From: Octopus vulgaris
Taxonomy: Eukaryota
Assembly: GCA_951406725.2 (NCBI GenBank)
Contig: OX597820.1
Coordinates: forward strand, 116,436,001-116,500,000
Direction of reading: 5' to 3'
DNA length: 64,000 nt
This document shows positions 52,050-64,000 of the stretch, piece by piece; position 1 is the first letter of the stretch, and every line of letters starts with the position of its first letter. The notes under the pieces were generated by a model, which worked only from the letters and a program-made list of their open reading frames with translations, was not told where the DNA came from and did not search any database. Position numbers and translations under genes: made by a program.

Positions 52050-53472
52050 GAGGGTGGGCTGACTATAGGTTCGTAGGCTGACTATGAAGGAGTGAGGTTA
52101 GAGCCGTGAAGTCTTTCATACGTTAATTTCAACTGTATTTATTAATAAATGTGTCGTTTCTTTCCAGTTAAACTGACATCTTACTGTTCAGAGAAGACTT
52201 CCAAAGTAACAAGTAGCGACTTCTCTTGAAAATGGGCTTAATTTGGTATCGTGTTGTTATCAAGTACCCACAGAAAAAGGGTTTGGTTCCCAAGAACGTT
52301 CATCCCGACGTAGTTACTACATTAGAGAATGGCACTCCAAGGTTCTCAACTGTGCGAAAGTGGACAGCTGAACTGAGGGGGGGGGGGCAGGGAAAGTCTT
52401 GAAGATGACCAAGAGTCTGGACGTTCAGCAACTGTCACCACCGGGGGAAAAAAATGATCGTGTTCACCGCATGGTAATGCATGATTGGTGACTGACTATA
52501 ATTCAAATATCTATTGCTATTAGCATATCCCATGAGAAAGTTGAGAATATTCTGCACCGTGAGTTTCGCATGCGAAGATTTCTACTCGGCGAGTGTCACG
52601 TTTTCTGATTTAAAAACCAGTCTGTGCAGAAGAAACACTCCCACCTCATCTGCTCCAGAGAAGGCCATGCTCGTTTCATCTGCAAAGAAGGTGATGGCTT
52701 CAGTAGGTTTTTTTGGGGGGGTGGGACGAATCTAAAAGGTATTGTTTATTGAGTTATCTTCGAAAGGGCCACACTGTCAAAAGAAAGTACTGTGCTAACT
52801 TGCTGAGGTAGTTAGGAAAGTCGGCGAGCTGGCAGAATCGTTAGCACGCCGGGCGAAATGCTTAGTGGTATTTCACCTGTCGCAACGTTGTGAGTTCAAA
52901 TTCCGCCGAGGTCGGCTTTGCCTTTCACCCTTTCGGGGTCGATTAAATAAATACCAGTTACGCACTGGGGGTCGATATAATCGACTTAATCCGTTTGTCT
53001 ACCCTTGTTTGTCCTCTCTGTGTTTAGCCCCTTGTGGGTGGTAAAGAAACAGGTAGTTAGGAAAGTCTGTCAAGAGCAAACTGATAAAAGGGGCCTTGTT
53101 TCATCAGGACAATGCTCTAACACACACGTTTTTGCTTTCAGTTGTTGCTGTGCATGATTGTGGCTTTGAACTGGTTGATCCCTGTCTCTGTTTTCCCGAT
53201 TTCGACTCCATTTGACATTTACCTGTTTCCCAACGGGAAAAGTCGCAGAGTGGAAACCAGTGTCACAATGATGATGACGTCATGTCTGCTGTTAGTTGTT
53301 GTTGTTGTTGATGACTTGTTTGAGCAACCAGATTACAGCTTATTCACCAATGCAACACCGATAAAAGAAGTGTGTGGACAGCGGAGGGGGGGAGGCTGTT
53401 GAAAAATAAACCTCATTTGGTCACATTCCATGAGAGTATTTTGGTCAGCCTATGAACTTTTCAACCGCCCCT
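52050..53472 (+). mobile_element. Old degraded mariner carrying a nested family-A SINE
   Basis: Decayed TIRs (..ggttcgtaggctga / tcagcctatgaactttt..), SAKKVMASV, FHQDNA, PFDIYLFP; SINE at 52822-53050 with TSD aggtagttaggaaagtc. Confidence 0.75.
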
Positions 53473-53530
53473 TGCGCGCGCATGTGTGTGCGTGTGTATG
53501 CGTGCATATATACACTTATATATACACTTA

Positions 53531-53594
<64 letters not shown>

Positions 53595-53792
53595 ATAAAT
53601 AAAATACATACATACATATATGTACGTACCTACATCTACATGTATATATACATGCATATATAAATATATATACGTGAGTACAGGACACCACAAATAGACG
53701 TAGAACTCAACGAGAAACGAAAACGCAAAAACAAACATGGAAACGGACCTTTTTTAACAAGGAAAAAACAGAGTACAAGACAACAACACATG

Positions 53793-53838
<46 letters not shown>

Positions 53839-54510
53839 CAATCTCTATCTCTCTATCTCTGTCTCTCTAGCTCTCTGTCTCTTTAGCTCTCTCTAGCTCT
53901 CTATCTATCTATCCATCCATTTTTATTCTGATGGTTAATCTTATATCTCACATTCTGTATTTGACATATACTTGATTTTACATGATTGATATATATATAT
54001 ACTAATTCATATTTATAATGTATAATTTATAAATTTTAATTCTTAATATTACAAAGTATAGTTTTTATTCTTAATTTTTAATTCGTAATTTTTAATCTTT
54101 AACGCTTAATCGTATTGCTTATTTTAAAGGGATGAAAAAATTGGATATATAATATTTTGAAATAGAACCTGAAGGTGTATTGGAATACATGTAAATCTGA
54201 CGATTGCATATATGTATTTATATATGTATATATATGCGTATACAGTCGTGTATATGTATATATATTGTAATCTTTCAATACTGAAATACGTGTAGTTCCT
54301 TCATATTTAATAAATATAGATATCAACTACAAAGTATGATATAATTAATGAAGTACATTATATACCCAGCTGGAAATTTATGTTATATCCTTTAAGTATT
54401 ATTTCGTGATGTGTAAAGTGATATCATGAGTTTACTGTCAGATATACTCATTGGGTTAATTTTGTATTATCTGATATAGAATACCCGCATATCGATTAAT
54501 CCCCCAAGAT

Positions 54511-54620
<110 letters not shown>

Positions 54621-55048
54621 CTATATCTATGGATAAGGATGATAGATTATACTAGAAACTTTATTTATCACAACGATCTTTCAATGCCTCCTGCATCATT
54701 ACCCCGCGGGTGGGAAGCTGTACAATGAATTTCCGTGTGTGTCATCTGGTGATCTAATATAGTTTCTCGTTACACGAGTCATGCTTCGGTCTTAAGATGA
54801 GCCAGAGCATGTGGATAGCAGTCGTAGGTAAAATACATTGACAAAAGATGTGCCGAAACGATCGTTGTGATATATAAAGTTTCTCTTGTTTCTATTATAC
54901 CCAGCGTACACTTAGGAATTACTAATGTAGATTCAGCGACGATTGTGCAATTACCATGGATGACGCTAGGTAGCCATAGGCAGTGAAGGTGCTTTGTCAG
55001 CATACTACTAGGGATATACCCAACACGTAAATTTTTTATTTAATTTTA

Positions 55049-55079
<31 letters not shown>

Positions 55080-55256
55080 GATGATGATGATACTGAAATT
55101 TTATGGTTTTTGAAAAATCGATAGTGATTAAAAATCAATTTTTAAACATTCCAACTGCGTAAGTGACCGCAGAGGCATAATCCCACACTTCAAGTTTCAT
55201 CAAGATCTGTTGGATAACCTCGGAGGAGTTAAGTAACAAACTCACAACTTGCCATT

Positions 55257-55377
<121 letters not shown>

Positions 55378-56989
55378 AGGCGCAATGGCCCAGTGGTTAG
55401 GGCAGCGGACTTGCGGTCGGAGGATCGCGGTTTCGATTCCCAGACCGGGCGTTGTGTGTGTTTATTGAGCGAAAACACCTAAAAGCTCCACGAGGCTCCG
55501 GCAGGGGATGGTGGTGATCCCTGCTGTACTCTTTCACCACTCTAAAGGCGGTGCTCCAGCATGGCCGCAGTCAAATGACTGAAACAAGTACAAAAAAAAA
55601 AAAAAAAAAAAAAATATCTATAATATATGAAAGGTGAATTCCAGAAGTTCTGATACTTTTTTGAGGTGAATCATTTATTGCTTTCTAACAAGTACAAAAC
55701 TCTAATCTCCTTCAAAATAGGATTTTCTGACCTCGATGCACTTGTTGTAGCGCTCCGGCCATTTCTTAATTGCACCATGGAGGTACTTCAAAGTGTTCTG
55801 GACCATTGTCACAGCCTCTTTCATCTAAAAGTGTCTTTAAAGTGACTTCCGCTGAGGTTCTTCTTCAGCCGGGAGAACAACCGAACGTCACAGGGTGTAA
55901 GATCTAAACTGTAGGGAAGGTGAAGGGCAGTTTCGCTGCCCTTCCCTGTTAAGTCGTATTTTACCAGGATGGAAATTAATTATACAGTTCTGATTCGATT
56001 TGTTTTACTAAAACCCTTCAAGGTGGTGTCCCACCATGGCCACAATCCAATGACTGAATCAAGTAAAAGATAAAAGGCTTACTAACTATTAAGCGAAGAG
56101 GGTCTCTATAGACTTTTCGGAATCCTCCTACACAACGCCCCCTCAAAGAAAATAGTATCTGGACAATATTGTCGTGTGTGTGTGTGTGGGGGGGAGACAA
56201 AGCTCCCACATTTTCGGTCTTCTTTCTTTCCAAGAATGCACACATTCAGCACACTTCTTTCAAATTTTCTGTCTTCTTCGTGACATACAGTCATGGACAC
56301 AATTTCCATGCTGGTGAAGGGGTCCATGGATAGGTGATCGCTCGATCAGTTTTGTGACATATCTACAGACTGAACAATGTGAGGCAGCGAGCTGGCACAG
56401 TCGTTACTGTATCAGACAAAATGCCTAACGGGATTTTTTTCCGGCTCGTTACATTATGAGTTCAAATGCCACCAAGGTCGACTTTGTGTTTCGTAACTTT
56501 CGGTGTCGATAAAATTCGAACCTGTTGAGCATTGGAGTCGATGTAATCGACTAGCCCTCTCCCCTCTCCCCCCCAAAGTTACTGGCTAATTCCTCATCTC
56601 TTAAATACAGAACTGAATCCAAAGATAGTCCCGAACTCCGAAAACTCTTCAGGGTTTCTTTCTGTCCTTTTTTCTTTCTTTTTGTCACTCTCCATGTTTC
56701 TCTGTCTCTCTCTCTGCCTATCTCTCTGTCTTTCGTTCTGTCTCCCTGTCTATCTCAGCCCCAATCTCTCTCTCACACACATTCTCTCTCGCTTCCCCCT
56801 TTTGGGATCTACTACACTCTAGTTTTTGGGAACATGATACGGTACGTTACATTTATGTATATACAGAAATAGATATACAAATTTACATGCATCCATACAT
56901 AATATATACATACACACACGCTTACACACACACACACACACGAGCGCGCATACTTATACATACATACAAACATGCATACATACATACAA

Positions 56990-57685
56990 GATGAAAAGGA
57001 ATGCTGATGGAATGTCCCAGTGAAGACCTCAATAAAATGTAAGCACAACAGAACTGACATAATGATTTGGGATAGAGAAGGGAAACTGTTCACACTTGTG
57101 GAAATCAGCTGCCCAGAGGATGTTAACATGAAGCTGAAGATCAGTGGAAAAAAGAATACCTATGCTGAACTATTGAGAAATCTATCCAGTTTTCAAGTTC
57201 AGGTTTACACCTGTAATTAATTATTGAGGCCCTTTGAATATGTAACACGCTGCCTAAATACCAGTCTTGAGAAATTAGACTTCTCAAAACCAGAAAGGAG
57301 AAAGCTAATTCGAAGACTACAGATCCAATCCATCACTGGAACTGTAAAAATCTGTAAAACTTTCCAGAAGTTTAACATTTAAGTATATATGAGCATGTCT
57401 AGATATGTAACTATATGCATGAGAATACATACATAAAACATACAAATCTGCACATACATACATACATACATACATACATACATACATACATACATACATA
57501 CATACACACACACATACATACATACATACATACATACATACATACATACATACATACATACATACATACATACAAACAAAAATACCCCGCTGTTGATGTT
57601 GAAATTCCAATGAAGAATCCTTGAATCTAGATTAGAAACCGGTTCTTTCTCTATTGGCAATCAATCTTGAAATAAAACTGAATAA
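56990..57685 (+). mobile_element. Second R4/Dong-like 3' fragment with 3' UTR containing (TACA)n
   Basis: Nucleotide match to 42140-42400; KHNRTDIMIWDRE...VEISCP, IQSITGTVKICKTFQKF*. Confidence 0.8.
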
Positions 57686-58229
57686 TCACACACACACACA
57701 TATGCGTGCGTGTGCTCCTTTGTCACTTCCATTATAGCTTTGAAAAATAACTCTTAAAATCGAGCTTCACTCTTCAAAGCTTGCACTAGGAATAAGGACA
57801 AAAAAAATTTGCTATCTGCTTTTATCGCAAGTCGATGCAGATAGTTAATCCCGTCCCCGTCCAACTTTTAGTTCACGCTACTGAAAAAATCGCGTTACTT
57901 AAGGGATATAATATATAGATAGATGATAAGCAGCCTTCTTTATTATAGTACAGATGTGACTAATTCGGAGAATTGCTCGCAAAGCGACACTATAATTTTG
58001 GTTCAAATTGAAAGTGCAAGTATTTTCACTTTCTAATGAAACCTGGTCGTTGTAGAGCAGAGTATTTTATATAACTGAAGCTGGTTGTTGAGATAACAGA
58101 GAAAATATGTAAATGAAAAGAAAGATTATTTAATCGCCGAAAGATTACTGAATCTTTTGATAAACCATACGTCAAAATCGGCGGCTCAGTTTTCGAATGC
58201 ATGAGGAACATACGCGCACACGCACTCTC

Positions 58230-58307
<78 letters not shown>

Positions 58308-58470
58308 CGGGCTTCTTCCAGTTTCCGTCTACCAAATCCACTCACAAGGCTTTGGTCGGCCCGAGGCTATAGTAGAAGACACTAGCCCAAGGTGCCTCGC
58401 AGTGGGACGAACCCATGACCATGTGTTTGGTAAGCAAGCTACTTACCACACAGCCACTCCTATATATATG

Positions 58471-58544
<74 letters not shown>

Positions 58545-58707
58545 CATACATATATATATATATATATACATATATATACATATATATACATATATATATA
58601 TATACATATATATATATACATATATACATATATATATACATATATATATACATATATACATATATATATACATATATACATATATATATATACATATATA
58701 TATATAC

Positions 58708-58787
<80 letters not shown>

Positions 58788-59680
58788 AATCTTTATATAA
58801 TATATATAAGGTTAGTTGAGTTAAAGGTTGGAGTAACCGTCTAACGAATAAAAATATCCGTTTTACTACCGGAATCATTGCCTATGTTAACCCAGGACAT
58901 ATGCAAGCCTATTATGCTCATAGGTTTACAGGTAATGACAAAGATAAATATGTGTTTATGAGGAATCAAATTTAAAGTAAACAGTAAATGGAGAAATATT
59001 AACAACTGTTGACTAACATCAATTATTACTTTTTAATACAAACAGACTGCATTCCATCTAACATCTGTTTCTGCTTCCAGTGGTCTACGGTATTGCCATT
59101 GAACATTCTGAAAATAATATTCATTATATTTGGTATCACATCCGATCTGGAACATGGAGCTTCATCAGAGTGAAGAGAAATACATAAAAGGAAAGAAGAG
59201 CCTCGAGAAAAAGATGAAAGACTTATTATATTTAAATCATACCATTTTGCCTATGTGTCGCCTCAGGACGTTGCGTAAATGGCTAAACTTAAAATATTAA
59301 TTGGTGGGTTAATTCTCCTGTGGGGGTAAATTGTCCAAATAGGTACCTCACTAGGTTTAATGACACTGCGGACGCTGTTTATTCCTTCTCATTGTGCTTG
59401 TTTACATGTTTATTTGTTTTTTTAAAATCTACAATGTCCTAAGCGGTTTTGGGGCCATTTACAATATGTACTACTTTTCCATACTTTTATCATCTATTAT
59501 TCTTTTTATTTATTTACATCTACCCGTATAACGGTCTTAATAGTTTGTCCTTTGTTTTTAAATTTAACTGACCAATTATATCGAAAACTGGACTTTGGTC
59601 AGTCGCATTACGGGCAATAGGCAGTTGGTGTATATACAACATATTAGTAAGTAAATAATTGTAATTAATTGATGGCCACT

Positions 59681-59880
59681 TTACTCTTTTACTCTTTTAC
59701 TTGTTTCAGTCATTTGACTGTGGCCATGCTGGAGCACCGCCTTTAGTCGAGCAAATCGACCCCGGGACTTATTCTTTGTAAGCCCAGTACTTATTCTATC
59801 GGTCTCTTTTGCCGAACCGCTAAGTGACGGGGATGTAAACACACCAGCATCGATTGTCAAACACAGACACACAAACATAT

Positions 59881-59924
<44 letters not shown>

Positions 59925-60086
59925 GATAGGCTTCTTTCAGTTTCCGTCTACCAAATCCACTCCCAAGGCTTTGGTCGGCCCGAGGCTATAGCAGAAGATA
60001 CTTGCCCAAGATGCCACGCAGTGGGACTGAACCCGGAACCATGTGGTTGGTTAGCAAGCTACTTACCACACAGCCACTCCTGCGCC
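59681..60086 (-). mobile_element. Family-B SINE (partial copy also at 58306-58461)
   Basis: Match to family on the reverse strand. Confidence 0.9.
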
Positions 60087-60579
60087 TATATTATTATGAT
60101 AAACTATTAATTAGTACTATTAACATAATTTTAAGAACTGTCATGATTATTTCAAAACGTCACCGTTTTGGCGTATCCCGTTGAGGTTAATTTTTTATTT
60201 TACTTTTTTATCACTTATACACCCTGTTACCCCCATAGAAAAATTAACCCACCAATTACTATTTTAAGTTTAGCCATTTACTCAACGTCCCTAAGCGATA
60301 CATATGCAAAATGGTATGGTTCAAATATATCAAGACTTTCATCTTTTTCTCGAGACTCTCCATTCCTATTCTTTTATGTATTTCTCTTCACTCTGATGAA
60401 GCTCCATGTTCCAGATCGGATATCATACCAAATATAATGAATATTATTTTCAGAATGTTCAATGGCAATACCGTAGGCCACTAGAAGCAGAAACAGCTGT
60501 TAGATGGGATACAGTCTGTTTGTATTAAAAAGTAATAATCGATGTTAGTCAACAGTTGTTAATATTTCTCCATTTACTG

Positions 60580-60625
<46 letters not shown>

Positions 60626-62869
60626 ATGTATTATTGGCAGATATAACCCTGTTTGCTTTTGGTTCAGCTAACTACCGATCTCTCACTGCCCCTTCCAACA
60701 TCTTAGTGGTGATAGAAACAACTGTTAACAATATTTTCATTTCTACAAATGAACGCCAGTACAACTTCCTCGGAACCAGTTCTGCAGAGAGTTGCTCTCC
60801 TATGTTTATTCACTAGTGGTCTATCCCCAGTAATATTCTTTCCTACTCTAGGCACAAGGACCAAAATTTTGGGGGAGAGGGCCAGTCAATTAGATCGAGT
60901 CCAGTGCGTAACTGGTACTTAATTTATCGACCCCGAAAGAATGAAAGGCAAAGTCGATCTCGGCGGAATTTGAACTCAGAACGTAAATACTGCAAAATAT
61001 TTTTTGCAGACGAAATACTGCAAAATATTTCGCCCGGCGTGCTAACGTTTCTGCCAGCTCACCACCTTTACTAACAATGGTTAGGGAAGCGAGCTGGCAG
61101 AATCATTAACACGCTGGGCAAAGTACTTAACTGAGTTCAAATTCCGCCGAGGTCGACTTTACCTCTCATACTTTCGGGGGTCGATAAAATAAGTACGAAT
61201 TGAGCATTAGGGTCGATGTAATCAACTTACCCCTTCCTCGAAATTGCTGACTTTGTGCCAAAATTTGAAAGTAATATTAACAATGGCTGTCATTTCTGAT
61301 CGTGTTTATTTTTATGCAGTTGTTATCAGTCTTCATTTCTCCTTAAAATTCTGCAGATCATTATCGTACTAATGCAACAACACCTTGCACTGCTTTTATT
61401 GACAAAGTCTCCTTAAAACTAACTTCCGATAGAACAAGGTGAAATGAAGTTGTTCGCTCAAAAACACAACGCTACACACCGCCCGGTCTGGGAATCGAAA
61501 CCACGATATTGCGATCGCAAGTACAATACTCCAACCACTAAGCCAAGTGCCTTCAATTCATTAATTATTTAGAGTGACACACTTCACTCCTGTTGTGCGT
61601 GAAGAGTTGTACTCTTTTATGATACCTAACGACAGGCAGACTTTTAAATCTAACCAATCACAAACCTTTTGGTTAACCCACGTCCAGTCTACTTAACGGA
61701 ACAGATATGGCTGACATTATCGTTTTAAAAGTCTTCTTCGGGTACAAACAGTTGATTTACAGAGAATGTAGAATGAAACTGTATAAAGTGTGTAGCTTTC
61801 GCATGGTTGTTAAATGTAAATGAAGGAATCAGCCTGTCGTATAACCAAAACATACCTGTTTGGCTACTCAATTCACCTGAAGTCGATCTCATGCTCTACG
61901 GCACTCACCAGTTTTAAGATCGATAACTTACCTACCACATCGTTTTAATAAATAATATATTATATAGGAGTTGTGTACAAAAAGGAGAAACTTGGACAAT
62001 ATTAATATAATGTTGTGTGTGTGTGTGTTGTAAAAAGGTGAAGGCGAAGTGGTTTGGCTGCTGTAATCGCAATCGTAACATCGTGCTTTCGATTCTCGGA
62101 TCGGTCGTTCAGTGGACTGGGTTTGTGATCTCATTCTTTTATCCACCATGCAAACCGGATTAATTTCCGAGCTCATGAGTTCCAGGGCTCAGAACAAACT
62201 CATGTGTTAAGTGTATTGTGAACGGTGCCTTAGATTAGTGTAACGACTCGAAATTTCAGTTGGGAAATCGATTTCCAGAGTGTTTCTGGGGAACATAACT
62301 AGTTTTTGATTTATTTCGTATTTACTACCAACATATTTTGACGAGAAGAAAAGAAAGAAAAACAACATTAAAATTTTAAAAGATTAAATTATCGAGACCC
62401 CCCCCTCCCCCATCTAACCATCTCACCAAAGAAATAGAAAAAAAGAAAAAAATGTGGAAAAATTAAGCAGCAAAAAATGGTGGGCAGGAATAGGGAAAAA
62501 CGGATTGTTCAGCCTCGGCTTGAAGACGGGATTGCAAAGGCTTTGTTGTTGAGAAAGGCCAACGGCAATGGTTGCATCAACCCCTTTGTTATTTTTAACA
62601 ACCTCAGATCCAGCTTCCGTGGGAGTTGAACTGAGAAAGTCAGATTATATAACTGAATACTGAAGGACATTTTGTTCGACGCTCTCTTGACTCTGACAAT
62701 ATTTCGTTTTGTCCCTTTATATTCTAATTTTAAATCCTAGCATTGTAGACTTTATCTTTCTTCTTTGATCGTCTTCCGACGTCGATTTAATCGATATCAT
62801 TCTCAAATATGGGGCCTTGTGCCTCCAGTAGAAAGGACTATCATTATTATTGTGGAATGAAAGTGCAAT

Positions 62870-63670
62870 GCATGCCATCAAAGTGACATTGGGGTAAGAT
62901 ATACGAAGCCCAGTATACCCATCATGACTACCCGTCTGATAAGGTTACACCAGGTACATGCACCACAACCATACGTGTGCGACATAGTGATCTCATATCA
63001 AGATAAACAGCGCATGATCTTGCAAGTTGGGCCCAGTTAGTTTCTTTATTTATTTTTTCAAGTCGAGTAGCCCATCACGCTCAAAAGGTCCCTGATTAAG
63101 TGTTGTTTAAAGATGTTGAATAATACATTCATGTTACCAAAGGTGAATTATACAAACTCACCAAAATTCCTCTCAACACATGGCTATGATGCTCCCCCCA
63201 GTACTTCTGCTCGTGATCAGAGATGCACATATCGTCAGCCACTAAGGGACGTGCTCAACTGGCTAAGGTCACGCAACTGACAAGCAAACCTGTGGTATTG
63301 AGCAGAATATTTGTTGTAGCCCATCTTTTATATTAAGACAAGGTTAGCATATTATTATTATTATTATTGAGTAAGAGTGCAGTACACACCATCAAAGTGA
63401 CTCTGGGGCACAAATATACGAGGCCCAATATACTCGCCGTGACTATCTGTGTTGTGCTTGATATGGTGACTAAGATGAACAGCACATGACTTTGCAGGTG
63501 GGGCTCTGTTACAATTCTGTTCAGATAAAGCACCCGCACCCAGCTCAAAAGATTCCCAATAAGGTTTGTTTAAAGATGATGAACGACACACCCATGTTTC
63601 TGGAGGTGAATTTATTCAAACCCCAAAGAATCTCTCTCAACACATGGCTACGATGCTCCCCACCTGCTTC
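62870..63670. repeat. Two adjacent diverged copies of an unclassified interspersed repeat (~62870-63300 and ~63385-63670)
   Basis: Shared ccatcaaagtgac...tatacga.gccca.tatac...ctctcaacacatggcta.gatgctccc. Confidence 0.6.
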
Positions 63671-63894
63671 TGCATGTGTTCAACTGGTACTTAATTTATC
63701 GACTCCGAAAGGATGAAAGGCAAAGTCGACTTCGGCGGAATTTGAACTCAGAACATAAAGACAGACGAAATACTGCTAAGCATATCGCCCGACGTGCTAA
63801 CGTTTCTGCCAGATCGTCGTCCTCGAAACAGTTCACTTTCTAACAAAATACATAAGAAAGACGGCAAAACTACTACATTCAGAATTCAATTTAC

Positions 63895-64000
63895 CTGAAG
63901 TTGTTAATCCATCGATTGATGTTGTAGTAGTGGTTGTTGCTTCCGTTGTAGTAGTGGTTGTTGCTTCCGTTGTAGTAGTGGTTGTTGCTTCCGTTGTAGT
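63895..64000 (-). CDS. Exon A (5'-truncated by window) of large extracellular REJ/polycystin-1-like protein; Thr-rich mucin-like repeat
   Basis: Reverse strand reads (TTTEATTT)x3-TTTSIDGLTTS from a 24-bp coding repeat and ends at donor AG|GTAAAT, phase 1, compatible with the next exon. Confidence 0.75.

Overview
This is AT-rich, microsatellite-saturated animal genomic DNA. The SINE families look like those of octopus (inferred from the repeat content, not searched). The whole window lies inside one large minus-strand gene. I traced 11 exons with GT-AG boundaries and compatible phases (63895-64000, 39028-39078, 27909-28109, 24541-24691, 21422-21524, 14263-14383, 13371-13448, 7782-7895, 5269-5457, 3421-3591, 1401-1637; about 507 codons, both ends outside the window). 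They encode an extracellular protein: Thr-rich mucin repeat, Cys-rich DC-x-G-x-C-x-G/CGVC repeats, two IPT/TIG-like Ig folds, and the apparent start of a REJ (polycystin-1-type) module. The introns hold three tRNA-derived SINE families, Tx1/L1-, RTE-, R4/Dong-, CR1- and Penelope-type fragments, mariners, non-autonomous Helitrons and GG-terminated MITEs. The most notable observations are: (i) one SINE family forms head-to-tail multimers that restart at a fixed point in the loop of its own head hairpin, and two of these sit within a single TSD; (ii) its 3' tail matches the 3' end of the local Tx1/L1-like LINE; (iii) several minimal hammerhead ribozyme folds occur, some with non-canonical cores; (iv) fold-back palindromes are numerous. 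Most ORFs in the supplied track are microsatellite or repeat artefacts.
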